Source: Chlorokybus atmophyticus
Taxonomy: Eukaryota; Plantae; Mesostigma and Chlorokybus algae
Length of the DNA: 64,000 bases
Assembly: GCA_009103225.1 (NCBI GenBank)
Contig: RHPI01003369.1
Span: forward strand, 1,764,017-1,828,016
Direction: 5' to 3'
Part shown: one piece after another, positions 54,195 to 64,000 of the stretch
How positions within the stretch are numbered: position 1 is the stretch's first letter
Layout: each line of letters opens with the position of its first letter
The notes under the pieces: generated by a model
Told to the model about the DNA's origin: nothing
Seen by the model: only the letters and a program-made list of their open reading frames with translations
Database searches by the model: none
Program-made: the position numbers and the translations under genes

Positions 54195-55410
54195 GTCCAC
54201 CCCCGCTAAAAGACTTTGCTCCAGGAGAATAACCCCGCTTGTAGCATAAGTTTTGAGATCACCGACGATGCTACAGGCAAATGTTAGTGCTTCAGAGAAT
54301 ATGACTAACCGCGAAGAGCATATTATTTTTCATGACATTTTTGCAAATGTAAGTGTGCATATTCTTAACATTGAGGGAGTAGCGCGTGACGGGTTTGTCA
54401 TCAGGCGTAATGAGTGTGATGGACAAGGCGTGATATGATAATGCAACACGTAATCAGCGTAATGAGCGTGATGGCATAATAGACGTGACGTAATGCGCGT
54501 GCTGTAATGGGCGTGATGGGCGTATTAAACTGCTTTATATCATACAGATGCTCTTAATGTTTAAGAGCATATTACGCTATTTATCGCCAAGAGCATAACC
54601 CCGCCAGGAGCAAACTATCTTTTAAAATAAACAGTATGCTATAAAAAGGGGTAGGGGTAGGGGTATTGTACAGAAAGGCTGTACAATAAATGTTTCAATG
54701 CAATTAGGTACAACTATGTACCTTAACTGTACAGTCTACCTCCGCTATACAAATCACGTGTATCTTCCAGCTTTCATTTCATCAACGTAGTTATTCTCTT
54801 GGCGTACAATAACATATACTATTCTATTCTTTACATGATATATATTTTACTAACAGGGGCATTGCGAAATAACCGTAAGCCACGTTATTGTATTTTAACG
54901 TGGCATAGACTAAATCAATAATAGTCAACAATAAATTGATTACTAATAGTATGTACGTAACAATATATGAGTCTATACATGAGTCTACGTAACTATACAT
55001 GAGTCTATGTAACTATGTATAAGTCTACGTAACTATATATGAGTCTTTTAATATGTTTATGCTTATAATATTAAAATAAACATGCCATTAACGAGGTATC
55101 CCCCCGTAACAAGACTGAGCTCACTCTAAAGATTAACCCTCCGTTGTAGTCTTATTGCGTACAAAACTATTCCACTAACCAATGATATTTGCCTGTAAAA
55201 CCATTGGTCTTTTGCAAATCTATGATCTCAACGGGGTTATTCTCATAAACCGAAATCTTTTAACGGGGGTAGACTATATAGTCTACCCTTGTGTAAGAGC
55301 ATACTATTATCCTTAAACATCGTATGCTCTTGGCAGGGTTATGCTTTTAAACATTAAGAGCATATATGCTATAAGCGCAGATTCATTCATTACGCCCATC
55401 ACGCCTATTG
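54195..55410. repeat. AT-rich non-coding TE-like remnant with inverted modules and a minisatellite
   Basis: About 54510-54600 is inverted against about 55320-55405; about 54200-54290 is inverted against about 55170-55270; degenerate 20-nt tandem ATACATGAGTCTACGTAACT at 54960-55045. Confidence 0.5.
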
Positions 55411-56399
55411 GTCGGGCCGGCCGGCCTGTCGGCATTCAACCTACATCACACATCCCGCGTTAGGGCCATCACACGGCACCCGCGACTGCAGGGCTGCGCG
55501 GCAGTATGTGCGGCCCGCCTGCTTCTCATTGGCTAGGCGGCGAGAATAAGCGTTACACCGTTAGATCTGCCCAAACACGATCCTGGCCGTCCAAGGCACA
55601 TAAAGTTTTTTAAGCGCATGCCAATAAATGTAAGATTAAGCACAGTTCTGCATACATGGCCGCTTATGGCTGCATGTTGATCAATTTAGTGTATTACATT
55701 AATTATATTGATACATATGCTGCAATATGGTGCAATATGGTGCAACATGGTGCGATATGAATAGCAAATGCTGTTAAGTGTTTCAAAACTTAATAATTAA
55801 CGTAACGTTCACGCCACGGTACGTGCTGCAAAACTCAGTGAGTACTGCCGAGGTTACGACCATCAAGATAATGCTAACCTAAATTACCTTAACGTTAAGA
55901 TTCAACCAAACGAAAAATTGCATCGTTAGGCCACGATTTGGTCACGCACGAATTTTATCAAATGGGATCGCAACGGTGACAACAGCCAGTTGCTTAAAAA
56001 GGCAGCGAAATGGCCAATCATTGCAAAGATGCGTAAAAGATGCTGAAACATATCTCAGCGGCAACCGCTTACCAACGGCGACCCAAAATTGCTAGGGATT
56101 TGGTAAATTATGGCACAGTTAATGGTTAAAACGGCCGCGTTTTTGGCGGTACGAGGTCGGGGCAGGCCCCATACCCCGAAGACATGCCGCCACTACTCAC
56201 CCTCGTTCTAACTAATCCACTCTACCCTTTAACGCTAATTGATTACACACTATAGTTACTGCGTCATCAAACATGGTCAACAGCCGAACCATGTATACGG
56301 TGTACAAAAATGTACATGCTTAAAGCTGAAGCGTGCGATGCTATACAACTTGCATAGTATCGCATGATGCATAGTATCGTATGATGTGCGTAATCTGTG

Positions 56400-57330
56400 G
56401 GATCATTGGCATGACATGTGTACGTACCAGACTTCACACATAAACATAATGCTTGCGTGTGTATGTGTGTGTTTGCAGCATCAACTGATGCGGGCATGCA
56501 CATGTGGTGCTGCACATTCGTATGTATGTGTGCATGTTTGTGTGCGTCCTGTTGTGCACGTATATGTGCACTTGTGGGGCTGCATGACGTGCTTCCGCGT
56601 GCGTTCATACATGCGCATGCATGTATATACCAGCTGATATATGTTTGTGTAGCAAGTACACGCATATGCATGCATGTCCTCACGCGGCCACACACACGCA
56701 GGCAAACGCCCGCCCCTATTCGCACACACATGGACACACACTCGTGCTACGTCGTACAAACATGCACGCACATGTACACCCGCACGCAACTGCACACGCA
56801 TGCACAGACACAAGGCTTGTGGGAACATCACTAACTGCCAGGAGACCATCACCCACCCGCTGCGCATCGAATGAGGTAATAAACTACATAGCCTTCCTGC
56901 GTGCAGCGATCGGAGGCAATCCGTGCACATGTGCGTTGTTACTACTTGTCATATGCACGTGCGCAATAGCTTGAGCGCTAGCAGACGATTGGACACGGAC
57001 ATGATGCCCGTGCATGCTGGTCTGACCACCACCACCACTCCCAACATTATCTCCATTTTTCGGTATGTGCCGGACTGAACCAGGGATTCTGCTCCATCAC
57101 TAAGTCATTTCGACTGCCTTGGCGCAGGCGCAACCATGTCTGCGGTGGCTTGATCAGCGGGCGGCTCGTCAAGCTGCCCGACCACCCTGACTGGCAGGAA
57201 GGATGCCAGGCATGACAGCACATGATAGTTTGGTAGCAGTGTCTGGTAAAGCCTTGCAGCACTGTCAAGCACGCACACACATGCGTACAAGTAATTGCCG
57301 TGCCTTGCGCTTGTATGTATGTCATGTGGG
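56400..57330 (-). pseudogene. Orphan duplicate of the 3' end of the carboxypeptidase gene
   Basis: Aligns with 59640-60460; GWSGSLTSRPL is present in both. Confidence 0.65.
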
Positions 57331-57783
57331 GTGCTGTTTGTTGTTGGGTGGGCAAGTTGTCAGACACAGGCCCCCCCCCCCCCCCCCCCNGACGCATGTG
57401 AGAATGCAGGGCACAGAGGTGTTATAAATCAGATGATGTCCAAGTGCCAGTGCAGTGGACATGGATTGCTTGCAGGAGGCTAGTAAGCAAAGAAGATGCG
57501 AGCTTCAATACTTACGTTGCTATAACCCATGCTTGAACTGCCAAGTTTCAGCTACACAAACTCATAGATGTCGTTGCAAGCTAAAGTAAGCTAGCAGTTG
57601 CATATCACAGTTACCGTCGTACTATGTACAATCCTCAGCCAAGTCATATACATACACCACAACTAACTCAGTACTAACACAATTACAAGATGGACCGCAA
57701 CCTCAGCCCACCGTTTGGCACATAAACCAACCTTACAGATATGTAGACAATAATGTACAATAGCAAGCGCCCGCCAACACAAA

Positions 57784-59063
57784 CTAAGGATAGTACATCG
57801 GCGGCGTGTCCACTTTCTCTTTGTGTTTGTAGTCGCGCATCAAGTGCTGTGTCTCCGCCTCCTCCACCTTCCGTTGTCCCTCTTCAACCTTGCTGTTGCC
57901 ATCACTCATGACATCAATCAACACGGGCGGGGCAACAGCTTCGCACTTGACACCAACAACAGCCTCCTCATCCCCATCCTGTGACGTGACGACTGTGCCA
58001 TAAAAAAGGCTCCACCCCACGCCGATGGCGGTGAAGATGGCATGAGCCGCAACCCACCCACAAAACAATGCGAGTATGGTTGGGTCATCGCTGCCATCTT
58101 TGCCTGGCTCGAGCAGCACCGTCACACACTCTTCATGTTCTTGTTCTCTCACTAGCAGAGAGAGACGCAGAAGGTACCCGTCTTGCTTGCTGATCAACAC
58201 GGATGGGATGCGGATGTCGTTTGCATTCTGCGCACTCACTGCAACGATGACAAAAGCACAGTGGTTGAGCAGATTGTGTGTGTGCCTATCGATTACAACA
58301 ACCCACAGCGCGTGCCGACGCAAACTTGCCTTCATGCAAGCGTGCAGTAACATGCAGAACTTGCGCATCAGTCACGCCACCAAGCTTTGAAGACATACAA
58401 ACCAGGTGTGTTCTTTCAACAGTACATACAAGGCAAAACATGTGGTGTGTTTGTTGTCAGCATTGGCATGCAGATGGCATCTACCAGAGGATGACTGCTA
58501 AACTCAAAGCATTCAACATGCACAACAATGCAAACAACATCAACAACGACAACCACAACAACACACTTCACTCGCTTACTGGTCATTAGGTCTTGATCAA
58601 TCTCGTTGTTGAAGACGATGGCGGCGACGGCCCCGGCAAGCTGGGCATGGAGGACCTTGTCATGGAAGGAGCAGTTTCCCCTCTCCATAAGGGCTATCCA
58701 GGCTGGGTCATCGCCGCCGTCCTTGTCGGCATAGGCAAGGCTGCAGCCGTCTCGCTCAGGCGCCAGCCGAAGCAAGACGCCTCGGACGCCGCCTTCCTGA
58801 GGAACAGGCGGGCCGAAGTCAGCGGCGACGGTGGCGAGGGAGGCGAGGACCGTGGCAGTGGTGGTGTCCACGCTGAGAACGTTGCAGCTGCCGTAAACAA
58901 TCACTTCCGGGTCATTGGGGGCAAGCCACACGGTCACCCAGAACACAGACAGTATTGTTACCCACCACGCCAACCATGGCAGCAGGATGCTGCGCCACCT
59001 GGACGGTGAGGACCGGCAGGGCGACAGCGCCGCCGCCGCCGCCGCCGCCGCGTCGCCCGCCAT
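57784..59063 (-). CDS. PA-domain membrane protein copy B (RING-less, intact)
   Basis: MAGDAAAA...TM...ADFGPPVP...WIALMERGNCSFHDKVLHAQLAGAVAAIVFNN...DIRIPSVLI...TM...ETQHLM...PPMYYP*. Confidence 0.85.
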
Positions 59064-60050
59064 GGCTGGCCTGGTTAAAGCTATGGCTAGCAGCCCTGCT
59101 AGTGGGCTTGGGCTTACTGGTAGGGCATATAGAAGTTTCTTTATGCTTTGTTGAAGGCGAAGCGTGCGACACTGCAACACAACAGACGCAGTCAAGCAAG
59201 CAAGCAGCAGTAGACAACGTGAGATTGATCGTCAATCAATTGAACGGGGTGTGTACCAGGCTGGTATTACCAGCGCTTCAAATAACATCAGACGATTGGA
59301 CAGTGCGTACATCAAGGCACAACATGGAATGAAAGGTGGGGGCTAACATCTACATGAAAGCTCCAGAGCGTAAGGATGTGAGCACGTGATCATACCAGAC
59401 AACCTTCTGTGTCTCAAGCCACACAAAGTGCAGGCAAGGCAGGCAGGCTGAGGCTGAGGCAGGAGTTCACAACCGACCGACATGTGGAACACGTGTCATC
59501 TTTGCCATTACACACCTTTGCGGGACTCTATTGCTCGTGATACTGCAGCACCTGATCCATCGCATTGGTGGCAGTCAACACAAAGACACGCCAGCTGAAC
59601 ATGTTGCCGTACCGCAATAAATGTTGTGCGTGGAGAATGTGCGACACGTCCGTACTAGATTTCACACGTAAACACCATGTTTGCGCGTGCGTGTTTGCAA
59701 CAACACGCGCTAGCACGGGCGTGCGCATGTGGTGTCGCGCGTATGCGTGCGTGCGCCTACATGTGCGCTTGTTGGAATGCTTGATGTGTGCATTCGTGCA
59801 CGTGCTCGCATGCATATGCACGTGTAATCCTTGTGCATGGCTGTACAGCAAGCACAGGCATACGCGTGCATGCAGTCACACAGCCACACATGCAGACAAG
59901 CGCCCGCGCGTGCACACGCAAAGATATTTTCAAATTTTGTCATGAACACATGCCCGCACACCCGCAACGCAAGCGCACGCGCATACACAGACCCAAGGCT
60001 TGTGAGGAACATCGTTGACCTGCTGCGCATTGAATGAGGTATTAAACTAC

Positions 60051-63000
60051 CTACCTAGCTTTCCTGCGTGCAGCGATCGGCGGCAACCCGTGCGCGGGTA
60101 CAACATTGCTGTTACTACTTGTCATATGCACGTGTGCGACAGCTTGAGCGCTGTCCAGAGCGCTATCGGATAGTCTCTGCAGCCGCTTGGACACGTGGCT
60201 GTGCCCAACGCCAACATTGCCACTCCCAACACTCCCAACATGGTCTTCACTTCTCGGTAGATGCCGCACCGAATCCAGGCTTCTGCTCCTGCGCTGAACC
60301 ATTCTGACCGCCTTTGCGCCGGCGACCACGTCGGCAGTGGCTTGGTCTAATGTCGGCAGCGGGCGACTGGTCAAGCTGCCCGACCAACCGCGAGCCAACA
60401 AGATGGCCTCTTGGACTTCTGATGGAGTGTCCTTGTGCGCCTGAAGCGTGCGTGGCATGACAAATACAAATGGACAAGTAGTCTGGCAGAAATGACATCG
60501 TGTACAAGAGTGTTGAGATTACAGCACCCGCGACCACGCAGACACACGCGCATGCGCCTACGCGCACGCACGTGTACACGTGAGTGCCACATGTGAGAAG
60601 CTTGCCTTCTTCTTGACCTTCTTCTTCTTCTTAACTATCTTCTTGGGTTCAGCAGCCGGCACGCGTCGGCTCGCACCCTCCGTCGGCTCCGCTTCCGCAT
60701 CTGCACGATACAACAACACGCACATCACCCACCCACCCGCCCACCCCCCACACACCAACCCCACATCCCCACCCCATCCCAACATGCTCCCACCCTTACC
60801 ACTCAAGCTGCTATCCGCCCTTCCTCCTTCTCCCTCTCCATTCTCCCCGACCTCATCTTCTTTATGCGACAACAACAACTCCGTCCACGCGACCCTCGCG
60901 ATCGAGTCCGCCGCGCGACCACCGACGCAAAACACTTCGTAGAGAGCGCGACCCAACGCGTGACCCGCGCGCTCGAGGTCGAGAGGGCCAAAGTGGTAGC
61001 CGGCGTAAGGACCTGAGGTGGTGAGAATTGATTGTTGGGTTGTGGTACGCAGTGGTGCGCGTGTGTGCATGATATGTATGTTACTGAGCACCAGCACACT
61101 ACCTGTGGATGAGCCTGCAAAGGAGGCCTCCAGCGTGAAACTGTTGATGATGTCTAGCTCGCGGCAACATACAACACGCGCTGTCGTCTCTTTACTTTTC
61201 TGTATCCATCATGCCATTTTTGCAATAGTCACAAACGCACACGTACACCACTACTGTATTTGCGCCTCTGGCACCCACACAAAACAACGCACCTGTACAA
61301 CGAAGCTGCAATCCCGGTACTCGAAGCAGTCCGGTGCCAATCGCGCCAGCACGCGCGGGAGCAGCTTCTCTTGATGCCGTGCATAAGCGCCATTGTTGTT
61401 GGCGACGCTGCTGGTGTCGGCGTTGGCGCTGGCTGAGTTGCTTGAAGTGCAGGGGAGAAAGTGGGATGGGTCTTGAGGCATTGGGGACTTTGTACGCTGC
61501 TCGCAACCGTACATGAATATCTGCGCAGAGGCAATTGGTAAGAGCCCCGTGTTCATGAAGGCCTTTTCTGAGTATTTACTTTCCTTATTGTGTGCATCCA
61601 TGCTTGCTTATCTATACTGTCTATGCATGCTTCGCATTCCCTCTACGTGATGCACGCAAGAACGAATGCGAGCATGCACGCATACGCGCCCATGTGTGTG
61701 CGTGCGCATGAGTACACGCACACGCACACGCACACGCACACGCACACGCACACGCACATGTATGTATGGCATAGAACAAGGCTAGTAGCACACGCGCACA
61801 CGTCCACATACGCAAAAGCCTTACGTTGTGTTTGCGCGAGTGTCCGTGCATGTCGATGACCGCCGCCACCCCCCTGTCATCTTTCAACCCCCTCACGAGC
61901 TGTTTCAGGTGCCACACGGTCGGATGCGTGCGTCGGCTCGGATCCGCCCAACACCTGCATGTGTGAGCAAGAGTTTCAAGACCAGCAACATGAAGTGGGT
62001 TTGTTACTCACGGTACCTGTTGAGGTCGTTGCCGGCGAGACCGCAGCGGGTGTTGCCGACGATCACGCCGTCCGGGTTGACCATAGGAACCACCTGTAAC
62101 GTTGTCGTTGTTTCAGGTGGTTGTGTAATTGTGTTTGTTGACACTCCACTTGGTGGCACATGTTGTACAATTGCAAAAGCATGCTTGCCTTGATGACGCA
62201 GGCTTCCCTCAGGGCTTGAGCTTCGCGTGAGTCGCCGGTTGCAAAGTCGATGAAGCCCTAAGTAAAGTAAAGAAGTGAGTTGCTGAGCTGAGTTGTCTTG
62301 CAATGGAGGAGTGGTTGTTCAACGTATGACACCTTGACCATCCAGCTTGAGTTGGTCTCGCCGGGATGGACTCGCGACGTCACCACCTGGCAACACGCAC
62401 GCAAGGCGATGTTGGTCAGCATGCAGTATCAAATAACATGCAGTTCCAGCGAGACCCGTATGTCTCGCACACAATCGTGCGCACGTGCACGCGCACAGGC
62501 ACGCATGCGCACGTACCACTCCCAGCCTGTTCTGCAGCGCTTTAGGGTCGCACCCAAACCGCGTGATCGTCAACAAATCACACGCCTGCGCACAACCAAC
62601 CCACCATCACCATCACCACCACCACACACACACACGCACGCACACACGCACGCACGCACTCACGTTCCCCGCGAGCGTGGTGCACAGCACCCTCCTCCTG
62701 CACCTGCTCTCGTCGTCCACTCCCTTGAGGTACTGCTGCAGCTGGGTGTAGGAGAACGGGTGCGCGTGGGCGACGTACACGGTGTCGGCGTCGTGGGGGA
62801 AGGAGAGGGACATGGACAAAGTGGAGTAGGAGGCGTTGGGACCGCCGCCGCGACGACGGATGCCGTTCTGAGAGTGCATACCCAAGAGGTGCCTTACTGT
62901 GTGTGTGTGTGTGTGCGCGCGCGCGCGAGTGCGTGTGTAAGTTCATAGTAAGATGCGTACACAGTTTAATTTGTGCACGCGGACTACATGCAGTCTGTTA

Positions 63001-64000
63001 CATGTGTGTGCATGTATGAAATTGTGCTGTATGTGTGTATAAACAGCTTGTCGGATGTACGCATGCATGTACGTTTCCATACCCACAAGTCATGTACTCA
63101 GCATCGACTCGTGTGTATGTCGTGTCCCCCAACACCCACCCACCTGGTAGTAGCACACGTCGTGTCCGGCGCGTCTCCACCCGCGTTTGATGAGGGACGC
63201 GTCTTTGCATGAGTAGATGAGAGGGAGGAGACCGCACTGGTAGAGGCTTTCGGGCTTCGTCACATTCACTATGTTGAAACGATACCTGATGATGACAGAA
63301 AAAAATGAGTATAACCCCACACGGTCAGCATGATGTAGCAGCGTGATATGATTAGGATAGTACCAAAGAGTGGGGTGTACCTCGTGTGAGCTCGGGTGTT
63401 GGAGATTGAAAAGAAGAACCACTGCGTATGCGCGTTTGTGCCGATATCGGGTCGCAAGAATAGGTCGTACTCATTGTCGTATACCTGCGCGCGTGTGCGC
63501 TTGCATGCGAGCTCATGAGCGTGTGCCCATGAGCGTGCGTGGGTGCATGCGTGCGTGCATATGTGTACACAAAACACACGTTGCCAAGTTCGACCCCAAC
63601 TTCAGCTACAACAATTGGACATACCTGTACCGCGCGGCGCAGGTTGCCGCATTCGAACCGGCTCTCAAACACGAGCGTCGTGTCCGACTCACTCGCAGGC
63701 ACGTAAAACGGCTCCAACTTGGCATCACCTTCCCTTTGATGCAGGCTCCAACCCCAACCCCACCTCCTGCTATCGCTATTACCATTGCTACTACTACTAC
63801 TTGCACTGTTATCTACATGGATACTGCTGCTATCACTACCGCTACAACTCGAGTTACTTTGTTTATCAGCCCCGAAGAGTGTGTTAGTACTATCTTCCGG
63901 TGGTGGAGGCGGCTTGTTCATGGAGTCGTAAACCACTCTGTTCATGGACGCTAGCGGCTGCGCCAACCTCTCCGCATCGCGCGCAAGCAACTCAGCCCTC
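60051..64000 (-). CDS. Cytosolic carboxypeptidase (M14D, Nna1/CCP/AGBL tubulin deglutamylase); 5' end outside the window
   Basis: FESRFECGNL, YDLFLRPD...TQWFFF, PFSYTQL, SRVHPGETNSSW, PMVNPDGVIVGNTR...DLNR, DMHGHSRK, SFTLEASF. Confidence 0.92.

Noticed and set aside
56267-56974. Long Cys/His/Met/Val-rich ORFs (also at 83-871, 13475-13788, 59528-60037)
   Set aside because: By-products of CA/TG/TGCA-rich intron sequence that is poor in stop codons; no domain motifs.

Overview
Intron-rich eukaryotic genomic DNA of about 50% GC with CA/TG-rich introns, most likely from a flagellated green alga (inferred from the tRNA-iMet-primed chromovirus, a PAT/kangaroo-like YR retroelement and a tubulin deglutamylase). 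Host genes: MON1 (-), a secreted bacterial-type S53-like subtilase (-), a G6Pase/PAP2-family phosphatase (-), an ankyrin-STI1-TM protein (+), an SCP-type CTD phosphatase (-), SMC6 (-), two tandem PA-domain membrane proteins (-), a cytosolic carboxypeptidase (-) and several hypothetical genes. A TE island of about 15 kb (15.1-29.8 kb) holds a decayed pogo transposase, an internally deleted Ty3 chromovirus (both LTRs, 5-bp TSD) and two tiny LTR elements. The first is a 531-bp TRIM sharing the chromovirus PBS, PPT and LTR start and carrying a tRNA-type Pol III promoter split across the LTR/PBS junction. The second is an 817-bp fold-back derivative of that TRIM, with about 365-bp inverted arms, two U3 ends and its own 5-bp TSD. 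A split-direct-repeat tyrosine-recombinase retrotransposon with an antisense YR ORF lies at 37.0-40.8 kb. The chromovirus/TRIM/fold-back trio is the strongest candidate for an undescribed system. All alignments, splice models and domain calls were made by eye; no searches were run.
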